From positions 95,666,001 through 95,730,000 of the forward strand of contig OZ360230.1 of assembly GCA_977017645.1 (NCBI GenBank): 64,000 nucleotides of DNA, read 5' to 3'. Both the position numbers and the translations under genes were made by a program. This stretch comes from Torpedo marmorata. Lineage: Eukaryota. The notes under the pieces were generated by a model. That model worked only from the letters and a program-made list of their open reading frames with translations, searched no databases and had not been told where the DNA came from. Positions 1-12,729 of the stretch are shown here, piece by piece (positions within the stretch are counted from its first letter, which is position 1; each line of letters begins with the position of its first letter).

Positions 1-299
1 GATACATGGTACAGTTTAGACTTAATGCTCCTCTGTATAGTCACCTGATGGTGCTGAGGCAGCAGCACAAACAAAACAGCGTTTGTGCTTATCCTTGTGT
101 GCTGGCAGCCTGCTCTCTTTCAATGAATGCTAATTCAAAATATGTTAAGAATTGACCAACGATGACTTGTAAACCTGATCAAGTTGGGCAATAGTCTCTT
201 TCATTAGTGAATCCTGTAATTTTCACTTCCTTTTCAGATGCTAAACAAACTAATGAATAAGCATGCCAATTTAATTTTCATAACTTGGTACCCAGCACA

Positions 300-800
300 G
301 TCTAACCACTTACCCTTGGACTTTGACAAGTTCCTCCCCTCCCTGGTTTCATCTGCCATTCACTCACATTATACCTGGATTTCCAATTATCTCCCCCAAG
401 TGATTTCACCTGCCCACCATCCCTCCCTTATCTGGTTCTACCTATCGGTTCCCCTCGTTATCAGTTTCTGCATCCTCTTGTTTCCACATCATCTTCAAGC
501 CACCAACCTCACTTCCCTCACAAGCTCTGTCTGCCCCCTTCTCTCTTTCCTTAACTGTCTCTACTAAACACCCACCAGACTCTGACCCTAGACTCCATCT
601 CCCTTCTCACCTGCCTGCGATCCTCTAACCGCTCCTCGCACCTCTTTAAACTGACATCTCCCCTCTACACTCTCTTGTTTCTGATGCAGTCTTGACCTGA
701 AATGTTGTCTATCCCTTTGTCTCAACAGGGAGCTGCTTCACAACTGAGTTCCTCCAGCAGTTTGTTTTTGCTCCATATTCTGGCATCTGCAGTTTCTTGT
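300..800 (+). mobile_element. Degenerate Penelope-type terminal repeat fragment
   Basis: Pyrimidine-rich tract, then ctgatg..gacctgaaatgtt and ctgagttcctccagca motifs shared with 33870-33968. Confidence 0.55.
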
Positions 801-1776
801 ATCAATTTGGCAAGAGTTTGTTCTCTTCTGTTGATACTGAAGCCGCAAAACATTTTCCATGGCTGGTCAGAGATACGTATTGTCACACTGTACATTTGCA
901 ATCTAATTTCATGGCATTGGTTTACGTTTGGAGTCTGTGTGGTTTGAGACAGTTATGTGCTTAACTATAATTTTGAATGCAGTCAGATCTTTGCCAGTGA
1001 GGCATCAAGCACCAGCTTTGCGGACATTCTGCATGTTAGACAGATAACTTTACTGGTGCACATTACTGTGTAGGTGAATCTTGCGTGAATCGACAGTCTC
1101 AGAGGTGGATTTGGCACTTGAGCCATTTCTTTGTATCAGGGATGCTGAGACACTGCAGTACTGCCATGTATTATTTTTGTAGTTTGTATTAATATTAAAA
1201 ATTGTAAATTGAAAGGGGCTATCAAAAAAACTAGGTAACGTAAATTAAAGTTGATCAATTGTGAAGAAACTAGTTTGCATTGCAAGTGGAAAGTGCCAGC
1301 CTTCTGTTGATACTGAGATTTGCCTTTGTGCCAAACACACTTCAATAGGTCCTTTCGGCTACACACTGTGCCAAACAGATGATCAATTGAACTGGCTCTG
1401 TGCTGGGCAGCATAGTGGCTTGAGTAGTTCAATTCTGCAAGCAGCCACTCTACTGTATTCTAGTTGTTTGAAGAGGAAAGATTCTTGAATGATTTCTTTA
1501 CTTGGCTCCACAAGGTAATGATTGAGGTCTTTTGGAGGGTTCCTGTTTTATTCCACATGTGCCCCCAAATTAATGCGAGTATTTTTATTAATCGTTCAGT
1601 AAATAAAAAATCAGATAGTGTAGAATGGAATAGCACGGGAGCATCCTGCAGGATTGCTGGCCAAGTAAAGTCCTGGCATACTTGTGTTAACCAAGTACTT
1701 TCTTGAATGTGTGTGGGAGCAGCTACCTCACATTAGGTGATGACTCCCTTGAGTTTAAATGCTTCAAAATCAGGTA

Positions 1777-1973
1777 CAGGTATACCCCGCTTTACGAAAC
1801 TAGAGCAACCTTTCGTAAGCCGAAATGGTGTAAAGCGAAGACCCATTCACTACTATTGAAGGCTATTTTAGTAAAAGCAAAAACCCATTCAAATCTTTCG
1901 TAAAAGCGAACACAGGTTTCTTCATAAAAGCAAATTTTCGTAAAGCGAGTATTCGTAAAACGGGGTATACCTG
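1777..1973. mobile_element. Tigger/pogo-type MITE
   Basis: 22-bp TIR CAGGTATACCCCGYTTTACGAA at both ends; TA on the left. Confidence 0.85.
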
Positions 1974-2122
1974 TTGCACTTACTGTGCTGACAGATCATT
2001 GGCTTTCTCTTCCAAGTGTTCTTTTTGGATCTGATTCTACTCTGAAGTTGGCCATTGCATAGCTCATAACTTCTGTCACTTGTTCACTTTTTCCTTCAAC
2101 CTGTGCTTTTTTGCCTCCTCAG

Positions 2123-2188
2123 GAGACGCCAGGCAAAGCTGAAAAAGGATCTGGCAGAGGCTGCCAAAGAACCGTTGAATATTGATCC
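2123..2188 (+). CDS. ATG16L1: ATG16L1 coding exon (end of coiled coil; [21 protein letters not shown])
   Basis: ctcag acceptor, gtgagt donor; 66 nt; matches recalled human [21 protein letters not shown]. Upstream exons lie outside the window. Confidence 0.95.
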
Positions 2189-2654
2189 GTGAGTTACTTC
2201 TGTTGCAGCAATTCCTGTAGTGTGTGGGCAGAATTTCCTGTCTCTCTTCCAGTTCATGACAGTGGTTTATTGTTATAATTTCAGTCTCTCAAAGGTAGTG
2301 AAAATTTGAGGCAAATGGCGTGAGAAATTTTGCCTGCTGACTACAAAGTTATCTTTACTTTCAAAACTACTTAACAAATGAGAACAATGATGTTAGGGGA
2401 AAATTAATGGTATTTCCTTTGGTTGTAGCTGAGATTTTCATATTGTGTGCGCAAATGTCAATCTTTCTATCTTGGGGAATTAAAGAATGGTTCATGGTGC
2501 TTGGTGCAAATTGTTCAAGCCCACGTACTGAGCCCTTTTTAATACTATTGGTTATCTGCAGGTATGAGATTTGTGTTTTAGATCCCTGTTAATGGTGTCT
2601 TCTGGTACCAAATACAGACGGGTAAAAGATTTATGTTTGCTTTCTGATCTGCAG

Positions 2655-2738
2655 TGATGATGATATAGAGGTGATTGATGAAGATGGTCCTGACGCAGTC
2701 GAAGAAACATCAGTGCGAGCTAAGCACAGGACCCCCAG
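2655..2738 (+). CDS. ATG16L1: ATG16L1 coding exon (acidic FIP200-binding region DDDIEVIDEDGPDAVEETSVRAKHRTP)
   Basis: tgcag / gtgagt; phase compatible with neighbours; DDDIEV motif. Confidence 0.93.
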
Positions 2739-2844
2739 GTGAGTACCTGCTTAGCTGCGAACTATAGGGAAATACAATTACTTAAAAGGAGGCAAGGATG
2801 GGCGGGATATATTGAAGTTTGGATATTTGCATAAGGATTGTTTA

Positions 2845-3195
2845 CGTAAGTTAACACGGGATGCTTTAAGGATAGAAAAGTGACTGATAAATCATACTCA
2901 TAAATCATTTTGTTTTCGTGTTTATGTTAAAACCGAGATGAGGAGAAATTTATTTAGCCAGAGGGTCGTGGATTTGTGGAATTCGTTGCCACATACAGCT
3001 GTGGAGGCCCGATCATTGGGGGATTTTAAGGAGGAGATTGATAGGTATCTAATTAGTTCAGGGTATTAAGGGATATGGGGAAAAGGCCAGAATTTGGAAT
3101 TAGATGTGAGAACAGTTTAGCTCAGGGTGGAGTTGCGGAGCAGACTCGATGGGCTGAATGGCCTAATTCTGTTCCTTTATCTTGTGATCTTGTGT
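2845..3195 (+). mobile_element. CR1 LINE 3' end fragment
   Basis: QRVVDLWNSLP-type coding tail plus 3'UTR ending in a short repeat. Confidence 0.75.
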
Positions 3196-3344
3196 TTGCA
3201 TGATGTGAATTGAGACCATACAAGTTTATTCTACTGCTGTAACCTTTTTGTAAATCTATGCAATTAGAAACTAAGGTCCAAAAAGCTAAAACTTTTTCCT
3301 GTGATGCAGACAAAGGTATGTTAAGTTCAAGTGAAAAACCAAAC

Positions 3345-3556
3345 AGAGCAATTATAGGTCATGGTTCAATATTAATCTTAAAAATCAATGATAAAGATTT
3401 TAAAATATCCTTCCAAAATCTCTCCAAATTGGGGCATTCCCAAAACATATGTATCAGTGAAGCTTCAAAAATGTTACATCTCTCACACAATGGATCTATG
3501 TCGGAGTAAAAACGTAATAGTTTAAGTTTAGACATATGAATTCTATGTACCACTTT
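3345..3556 (-). mobile_element. L1-clade ORF2 C-terminal fragment
   Basis: ORF 3359..3553 CERC...HMFWEC zinc-knuckle motif. Confidence 0.8.
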
Positions 3557-4815
3557 AAATTGTAATAAACAGTGAGACGAGCAATTTTATTGAAATGGAA
3601 AGATGAGTTGTCAACGACACATAGACATGTGTATTATCAAATAAAAATGAGCAATGTTTCAATTTTGAAAGCCTAGAGAAACAATCAAGGTCTACTTTGT
3701 TGTAGCCTCGCAATGGGTCACATAAGTGTAAAAAACAAATGTTGAAGAGTCCGTGCAAATTGGGTATTGATTACCTTCTGCTATTTAGCTATCACTCTCT
3801 GATTCCTGAGTCTACGGTAAAATGCATTGTGTATAGAGGCTGGATGTCCTGATGACAGCAGTCCATGAACTTTCCTCATTAGCCATAGGAAGGTTTATCT
3901 TCTTCATTTTGCTTTCCTTTCATAATAGTCCACATGTTCCCTTGCTGTTGTGCATTACCTTGTGTACCATAAATTATTTGGCAGAAATAATTGCCCAAGG
4001 TGGTTAAAGAGTTGGGAGATGGAAATACCAGTGAATGACAATGACTCTTTCTTGTTGGACTTCACTTTTGCGTATGTTTCTTGCCAGTTATTAACCGAAT
4101 ATTATCTACATTCTGTTGGCTGCTCATTCTATCACATTGTTAATAATTGAGAGGAGATTGATTGGATGGTAATTAGCCAAATTGGATTTGACATGTCTTT
4201 GAGCAGGAAATACAAAGGCAACTTTCCATATTTTTGGGCAGATGCCAAAGTTGTTGTAATACTAGGACAGCTTAACAAGAAGTGCAACTAGTTCTGAAAT
4301 GCAGTTCTTAAATCCTACAACCACTTGTAACCTTGGCTCTATCCCATGCCTCCATCCTTGTCATCGTGTGGCACGAAGATTAACTTCTGTGATGGTGGCA
4401 GAGTGTTTAGATGTTTCTACTTGGCACTTTTAGCTAAACAAGAGTGCAATTGCTTCTGCCTTCTTTTGGTACTATGTGTGGATCTCTGCTATCTATGAGA
4501 ATGGGGGTGTCTGGTAACTTTAATTTCCCACTACCACAGAACTGGATGTGGCAACACTGTGCAGCTTTGATCAGATCTGCTGGTCTGTGGGTTTGCTTAG
4601 TGTTGTCTCTTCCCTACTGTTCTTTTGTTCACTGAAGTGGGTTTGGTTTTTTTTCTAGAGGGATGGGGGGTTGTCATTCTGTTTGGATTCTGGCACCATT
4701 TTTCTGTGTCTTTGTACAGTATGGACTGCTGGAGAGTGTGGTCTCTTGATTTGCAAACTAAAGGCAAGTGACTACCCTGTCTCAGTAACAATTATTTCTG
4801 TTTTTGTTTGCACAG

Positions 4816-4866
4816 AAGGACTTCACAGGCATCTGGACTCTTGGATTCTATCGGTAATATCTTTGG
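4816..4866 (+). CDS. ATG16L1: ATG16L1 beta-isoform-type cassette exon (RTSQASGLLDSIGNIFG)
   Basis: cacag / gtatgt; 51 nt, frame-preserving; matches human KRLSQPAGGLLDSITNIFG. Confidence 0.9.
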
Positions 4867-5379
4867 GTATGTTAAAAGCTTAGTTTCCCTGTTTCCTTTT
4901 TAATGTTTAATATATTTCAGATCTAATTTAGTGTGATTAAAAACTTAATCATATATAACTTTGGTTCTGATTACTGATGGATCTCTGCCAATCCAATTGC
5001 ATGCTATACAAAGAGCCTCTGCCCACACTCTCTGAAGAGGTCTGCGCGAATGATATTAGTGAGCACTTTGCTTCAGGGGCTGTGCTCCTATACCCCAACT
5101 GCAGCAACTAACTCAAGTTGTAGATTGGATACACCATCCTGAATAATAGAAGCGTTGAGTTAAGTTTGTGAAGTTATCAGTGGAAAACATTTTGTTGCCA
5201 ACTGAGTGAAACTGACCAAAAACCTTCAAATGAATTTTAAATTAACCTTCAATCCTGTGAAGATACCTTGGGCCACACTCCAAATACAAGCACTTGCCAA
5301 CATGTGCCAAGTCAGCCATTTCTTTCCCTAGTTATTCTCTTTTTGTTTGGTAGCAAAGTTTTCTGCACCCTTCATTTCT

Positions 5380-7005
5380 TTTTTTTTTTTAAATATTTTA
5401 TTTTGAATTTTAAATTTTTCACAGTAATACAACATACGTATTATACATTATTAATTCCAGTTAATAAAAAAACATAATTTGTATTACAGTGTGTCTAACC
5501 CCCGTCTTAACCCACCCTCTAAAAAAAATTACCCACCCTCCACCCTTCCCTCCCTTTAATTCCCTCCCCTTACTAAAAACTAAAAGAAAAACAGAAAAGA
5601 AGGCATTGATATTTCTTATCAAAAATAACTGAACGGATCGCTGCTGGGTCCACGGCTCGACGCGTGGTATTCAACAATATTTATTCTTTAAATTTGAGAG
5701 AGTCAGTAGGGTCCAGGATGTAGAGCAACACATTTAAATATTCAAACCCAATGATTGGATATATGGACGCCAAATTTGCAAAAATATCCCATATTTATTT
5801 CTCATATTATATGTTATTCTTTCCAATGGAATACAGCTCCGCATCTCTGAATTCCATCTATCCAAACTTAAATTTGTATCTGATTTCCAAGTTACTGCTA
5901 TACACTTCCTTGCTACTGCTAAAGCAATTTTTACAAATTTCAGTTGACATGTAGATAACTTCAACTTTGGTCTCGTTCCTTCCACATTTCATAATAAAAA
6001 TAAATCAGGATTTTGTGGAAATGTAACACCTGTAATTTGTTTTAACCGGTTCCCTAACTCTATCCAAAAACATTTAACTTTAGAACATAACCATGTTGAA
6101 TGTAAAAAAAGTTCCTTCCACTTCACCACACCTAAAACACCTATTTGATAACGTAGATTTTATCTTATTCAGTTTTTGTGGTGTAAGGTATAATTGATGT
6201 AAAAAATTATACTGTACTAACCTATATCTTACATTAACAGTATGAGTCATACTATCTTGACATAAATCCGACCATCTTTTTTCATCAATTGTAACATTAA
6301 GATCTTGCTCCCATCTTTGTCTAGACTTATGAAGTCCTCGTTTTAAAGTTCCCCTTTGTAGCAAAGAATACATTATAAGAAGTAAATTTTTTAATATTTC
6401 CTTTCCTAATAAGAATTTCTACCTCACTACAATCTTGTAACAACATATCTGGACCTAGTTTTTCTCTTAAATAACCTCTTAATTGAAAATAACAAAAAAG
6501 AGTGTTATTGGGTATTCCATATTTATTCCGTAGTTGTACAAACGACATCAGCTGGTTCCCTTCATAACAATCTTCTATCTTCTTTATTCCTTTCTGTGAC
6601 CATATGTTTAAAAATTGATTATCTTTTGTAAATGGTATGAGATTATTCTGTATCAAAGACATTTTGGGTGATATGTTTCCTTTCATCCCTATCTCATCAT
6701 TAATCTTGTTCCAAGCATTAATCAAATGTTTTAACAACGGCGTTTCTTTAGCACCTATCAATAATTTTGAGTTCCATTTGTATATAAATTCTTCTCGTAC
6801 CCTTTCTCCTATTTCACCAAGCTCTATTCCAACCCATGCAGGTCTTCCTTCACTTTCAAAAAAAGAAGTAACAAATCTCATTTGTGCCGCTCTATAATAG
6901 TTCTTAAAATTAGGGAGTTGTAGACCTCCCAGTTCCTATTTCCATGTTAGATGTTCCATAGAAACTCTTGACATTTTACCTTTCCAAAGAAATTTTCGCA
7001 CTTGT
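5380..7005 (-). mobile_element. 5'-truncated L1 LINE with poly(A) tail and 16-bp TSD
   Basis: Frameshifted ORF2 C-terminal pieces (6327..6881, 6080..6373, 5734..5985); T-run at 5380-5390; TSD TGCACCCTTCATTTCT at 5364-5379 and 7006-7021. Confidence 0.93.
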
Positions 7006-7472
7006 TGCACCCTTCATTTCTGAAGTTCTTTGCATTACAACAACTTTACTACAGGGAAATAACCTTGTGCCTCACAGAAAACATTTAACCTTCCGCAAAG
7101 ATTCTTGAAGTAATCAAGAATGTCATCTGGATTACCCCCGCCATGCTAACGACTGAGAACATTTATGCTCTGAGGTACAATTGGCCAATTCGTAAGGGAC
7201 TGGCAATGGAATTGGGCCTTCTCGTCAGTGCAGTTTAATATTTTCAGAAATGCAATTGTCCATAGAGCTATTCATATATGTAACTCAGTGCTTCATTTGA
7301 CCACAAGATTTCTGTATCTGTAGCACAATGTTTTTCACCTTGTTAGCTTTCCATGCCAGAGCCCTGTTATAAATACACACTTTATACTAAGTGTGTGTTG
7401 GCACCTGATTCTTTTTCTTACAGATTCTGAAGGTGCTGAGTAAATGAGATATTCTGTGTTTGCTGCCATTAG

Positions 7473-7575
7473 AAAACGATCACCTACGTTGCATGGGATT
7501 GCGACGGATGCCCCCAATGTCCGTGTTGGACCTTGTAATCAGATGCGATTGCCCACCACACCGCTCTACGTGTTT
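7473..7575 (+). CDS. ATG16L1: ATG16L1 linker exon, equivalent to the human T300 exon (KRSPTLHGIATDAPNVRVGPCNQMRLPTTPLYVF)
   Basis: attag / gtgagt; 103 nt; gapless 34-aa alignment to human RRSVSSF...VRVPATALCVF; phases fit. Confidence 0.88.
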
Positions 7576-9056
7576 GTGAGTATGCAAACAAAGGGGAGGC
7601 TGGCATTATACGAGGGGGCAAGTAATAAACTAGTGTACCAATGGAGTGTGTTGAAATGGGAGAAAGCACGCCTGGAACACGTACTTAAATCATTTTGGCT
7701 AATGGGCCTTTTTCCAGAACCTTACAATGCAGGTTCCTTGTAAGTTCTAAATAAATTAGTTTTTCATTGTGTCATTTGGAGACCTATCTGAAAACAGTGA
7801 AATGTGGGCTGTTTTCATTTAGTACTGGTGGTGCAGAATTGTAAAATAATAACATTCTTGTCATTTATTCAGGTTAGTTGTAAATTAATTTGGTCGAGGA
7901 AAGTAAAGGAAAATAAACATCACCAGAGTGCGCCAGAAAAATCCCAATGTCATATTGCATGGTAGCTCTCAACTAATAATTTAATTTTTTTCTTTTATAT
8001 GGAGAAAATGCGCACAATAGAAATCAAATGCAAAATCCTGAATCAGTATAAAATAATTTTTAAAATGTGGATAGAGCATGATGTGAGTAAACAGCATCTT
8101 TTAACATTACAAGATGCTTCACTCCTGAACGAAATGATTGCTTAATAATGTAGAATGTGTTCCATAATGTACTTCATTTTATACCATTTATTCTTTATGA
8201 TTGGAAGAAAATTTACATTTTTATTTCACTTCCAGGAGAAATCTGATTTTTGGGTCTGATAGTTGTTTATAAAGATGCAGGAGGAGGCCATTCAGCCCAT
8301 TGTTTAATGCTGGCACTCAGCAGTGTAATCCTCATGTCTCTTAACTCCAGTTTATTTTTCTATCACATGTTCATTAATTCCCCTTTGACCTTCCTGCCAC
8401 TTTCCTGCACTGAAAGACAATTTAGTCCTCAATTAACCTACAATACCCAGGAGAAACACACGGAGATATAGGGAGAACATCTAAAGTCTACACAAAAAAC
8501 AATCAAGTCAGGATTGAACCCAGACCCCTCAAGCACTTGACAATAGAGAGGGTGAACACCCAAATCTTGGTTTCTTATTCAACAGTAATTTTTAATCCAT
8601 GTTAATTTTTTGTATTTAAAGGGTAAACGTTGAAATAGAAATAGTGGTCTTGTTTACATTTTAATTATAACTCAAGTTTGCAGAAAGATACTGTTGAGGG
8701 GATCCATTTGGCTCGATTGTTCTCAGTTTGTTATCCAGCTTCTGAGTGATTCTTCTATCCTATCCAGGAGTTCTTTGTAGATGTTGATCAACTGACAGAC
8801 AACCTCCAGCTTTAAATTACAAATATATATTTTGCTAGTTTTAACCTGTGCCCGTTGTCACACTCCTGCAATTTAATTCCAGATTGTCTCTTCAATGCAG
8901 TTCCTGGTATTTTGAAAGCCCAAGATGATGATCCTGCTTTTACTGACAAGAACTAAAGGACTGACGATCAGTCTTGTGGCTTTTAATACCATGATTAATG
9001 CCTGCATGTGTTCTTTGTAATTTGGTTGCAGTTCCCAATGGACAAAATTGGGCATT

Positions 9057-9321
9057 GAGGTCAATGATGGATAAGTGGACTAATGGCACAGAGCACCATC
9101 CACACATCTGGGTTTCCAGAAACCCTGCATTTCCCATACTGCTTTCGATTAGCTGAGATGATAAAAGGAGTTTCTGACAGTAACTGACGACATTATTTCA
9201 GTTCTCCCGTTGAGAGAGTCTACGTGCGTGTACAAAGGATGTCTGACAGAGCTAATCATCCAGAAACATAAAATCATGCGAGTCTGTGAGGCGTGACTGG
9301 AATGTACAAGTTTGAGACCTC
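9057..9321 (+). ncRNA. Degenerate SCARNA5/6-family paralog (C/D boxes decayed, H/ACA module apparently retained)
   Basis: Terminal stem GAGGTC/GACCTC; box C ATGATGG, D' CTAA, D TTGA; H box ACAGTA 9177-9182, ACA 9246-9248; alignable to the copies at 12450 and 14547. Confidence 0.8.
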
Positions 9322-10426
9322 TGTTCGTGAGACTGAAATACATGGTTATAACCTGATTCATTACTGTTGTAGTATTACCAGAAGTAGTTTTGTGATAGAA
9401 TTTGCCTTTGTATTTCACTTTTCACCACAAAAAACTGTTCAAATCACATTGCTGTCATTAAGTACTTCTATTACACAGTCACTATTTTAATGTAAAAATC
9501 ATAGCAGCAATTAATACACAATATTTTCCCATAAACAACTATGAAAAATGACCACATTATTTTTGTGTTAGTGGATGGATAATAATGGGGTAAGTTACCA
9601 AAAAGAACTCCTCTTCACAACAAATATTTAACATTCAGTCATGAACTCAAATGGGGACTTGTTTTTGAGTTTCATTTAATAAACAGGGATTAGAATAAAA
9701 ATGGATCATTTTATATCTTAGTTGCCACATGAATTGGTGCTTGAATCTCGGCTATTTGTTATCTACACTTGGATTGATCCAAGCTTTTGGATAGTAAACA
9801 GCTAAGTGGGAAGAAAATATAAATTCTATGTGAAGGAACATAGACAGATTAAGCAGGAAGATGACAAATAAAAAGTAACACTGATCACAAAGTTGTCATG
9901 CAGGAGCGATTGAGCCTTTAGAGGAAATGGTGGTTAGCTCATTGAAAAGATTCTTGGAGATATTGATTGAGGTGTTGAACCAATTTCCTGTGCTTCAAGG
10001 TCAACCTTTCAGGACTGAGTTGAAATTTGTTCAGATGGGTATCAACCTTTTGAAATTCTGGATCACAGAAGAGTGAGCATGCTTCATTATATACAAAACG
10101 AAGGTTGATATCTGGAAGGTGAAGGAATTTGGGGATATGGAAATTGTACAGGAAAGCAGAATTGAGGAAGAGAATCATCCATCTCTCACTGAATAGCAGT
10201 GTAGCTCAAGGACCAGACGACTTACGATATGTTTCTTCAGTTTTGACAAATATCTCGTTGAAACTTCGTGATCAGAGTTCTTCCACATTGCACTGAACAA
10301 TCAGTCGCGGCACACTTGGATGGCCAGCGAAGGACTTGCCTCCATGATCTTTTGATAGGTGGTTGTGATGTCCACTCAATCAGGGCATTTTCAGTTGTAA
10401 CTTGTCCTTGTCAGGATACCGTTTTA

Positions 10427-10949
10427 TAAGGAGGCAAATTCAGATATTTTGTGAAACAAATCTAAACTCCGTGCCTGATAAATTTGTAATATGGGAAACT
10501 TTGAAAGTATATTTAAGAGGTCAAATCATAAGTTATTCTTCAAAAATTAAAAAGGAATATATGAGAGAAATAGACCAATTAGAAAAAGAAATAACAATTT
10601 TAGATAAAGATTTACAAAAGAGGAGCTCTGTAGATAAACGTAGACAATTAATTAATAAAAATCTTCAATATAACGCATTATAGACTTATAGAACGGAAAA
10701 GATTATTATAAGAACTAAGCAAAGATATTATGAGTTAGGTGAACGTTCACATAAAGTACTAGCATGGCAATTAAAAACAGAACAGGCATCAAGAACAATT
10801 AATGCAGTTAGAAGCGAGGCTGATGTTATTAGCTATAAACCTCAAATAATAAATGATTCTTTTAAAAATTTTTATTCTGATTTATATAAATCAGAGTCTC
10901 TGCAAGATGATAGTAAAATCGATGGATATTTATCACAGATAAATTTACG
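10427..10949 (+). mobile_element. Internal L1 ORF2 fragment flanked by 14-bp direct repeats
   Basis: WETLKVYLRGQIISY L1 motif; AGGATACCGTTTTA at 10413-10426 and 10950-10963. Confidence 0.88.
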
Positions 10950-11224
10950 AGGATACCGTTTTAGAAGGCAGTTGGGTCATTGATGTGTTGAGATGGTGCG
11001 GAATAATAGCAGGAAGGTTGTTGATTGGGATTCGCAACATAATCAAGTGTCAAAATGAGCAGATGCATGTTAAAGTGATGGAGCATGCGACTGTGGCTAG
11101 GTGTCTGGAGTTCAGAATTGTTACTGATGCACAGTAAGTGTGATTTTGCTTTTCTCCTCAAGTTGCTGGAACTTGCTCAAGTATTTGTACTTAATTTGTA
11201 CTTTTTCCTCATGGAAGTAAAACA

Positions 11225-11350
11225 AGAAACTCTGCAGACGCTCGGGTTCAGTGCAATACAAATGTGTTGGAGAAACTCAGTAGGTCCTGCAGCATCTCTA
11301 GAAAGTAAAGGGTACTCTTCTGAGTTTCTCCAGCACATTTGTGTATTGCA
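11225..11350. repeat. Short palindromic Penelope-terminus-derived element
   Basis: Imperfect inverted repeat 11252-11280 / 11320-11350, similar to the ends of the 31234-33968 element. Confidence 0.65.
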
Positions 11351-11413
11351 TTTTTCTCATGGTAATTTGCTTCACCCTTAGCTAAGGTACACTTCTGTTA
11401 CCTGAACCCCTGA

Positions 11414-11602
<189 letters not shown>

Positions 11603-11685
11603 TGAAAGGAGTTTATAATTTAGTCACTGCTGATTAGAGGGTAGGGAAGAAAGTTCCAAGTGTAATAGTGAATATGAATGGTGGA

Positions 11686-11890
11686 GGGTGGCATGATCAG
11701 TGTCGCAGTTAGCGTAGTACTAATACAGGACCAGCGACCCAGGTTTGAATCTGACGCTGACTAAGGAATTTGTATGTTCTCTCCATGATCGGGTGGGTTT
11801 CATTTGGGTGCTCCGGTTTCCTCCCAAGTGCCAAAGACGTATGGGGTTAGAAGGTTAATTGGTTATTTGAGAGGCGCGGGTTCGTGGCCG
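11686..11890 (+). mobile_element. tRNA-derived SINE (older copy)
   Basis: B-box-like GGTTTGAATC; core gggtgctccggtttcctccca shared with other copies. Confidence 0.75.
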
Positions 11891-12449
11891 TAATAGAGCA
11901 GAACCTGATTCTGTTGCCTCGGCCCACTTTCCTGTTTTTAATGGCATGGGTAAACTCTGAAGTTCTTATTCATTGGTAATGGCACATCCATTATGCTTGC
12001 ATTGTTCATGTACATGATGTACGCCTTGAGCCCAGCTGCATTTTTCTGATCTCTTTCCTGCTGGGTGATGACATTTGTTGGGGTGTGCTCGCACCAGGCA
12101 TTCTCCTAGCATTGAGTCCAATTGAAAGTCGAGTTTGTGAGCCATTTGGCAATCCTGTCACAAGGTTATGTTGTTGGGAAAGAAGGATTAGTCACATCTG
12201 GGTTTGGGTGCTGTCCTCGTTTCACAAAATAATATTATCCAGGGTAGTGATGAGGAATCTTAGCTGATTTCTGCATGAGCCTTGCACACCCCACTCTCAC
12301 ATCATTGCACCATGAGCTCGATGTACTTCCTACCTGAATAACAGGACTATCTCAGTGTCTTTGTTTGTTTATAATTCAATTGGTATTTGATGCAGACTAC
12401 AACTGCCATTTTTCTGTGTGCAAATGTGCTTTTATACATATGGAGTAAT

Positions 12450-12729
12450 GAGGTCAGTGATGATAAGTAAAAGGTCTGATGGCACTTAATTAAATGCCCA
12501 CATGCCTGCTCGTTCCCAGGAGATGCTACATTTCCCATCCTGCTCAAGGTGTGCTGTGATGGTAGTAGAGTTCCTGACAGTAACTTATGCCACTGAACTA
12601 CTTGACATTCTTGCAGAGGAATTTAGAGTGTTTTTTGTAGGCATCTCACACAATGGATAGCCCAGGAACTTTGAGTATGGTGGGCATTTATCGTTGGTGC
12701 ATGACTGCAAGTTTTCAAGCTGAGACCTC
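12450..12729 (+). ncRNA. SCARNA5: scaRNA U87-like composite C/D-H/ACA guide (U5 Um41, U4 Am65)
   Basis: GAGGTC/GACCTC stem; box C GTGATGA 12457; guide AGTAAAAGGT + CTGA complementary to U5 loop I; guide AAGTTTTCAA + G + box D CTGA 12720-12723 complementary to U4; H box ACAGTA 12577; ACA 12648; ATG16L1 is the known host. Confidence 0.92.

Noticed and set aside
223-567. Acceptor-like ttttcag followed by a 109-aa ORF
   Set aside because: No ATG16L1 similarity; runs into a pyrimidine-rich Penelope remnant.
4867-7472. Mammalian gamma-isoform-specific ATG16L1 exon
   Set aside because: No recognisable candidate with splice sites found by eye; absence is not proven.
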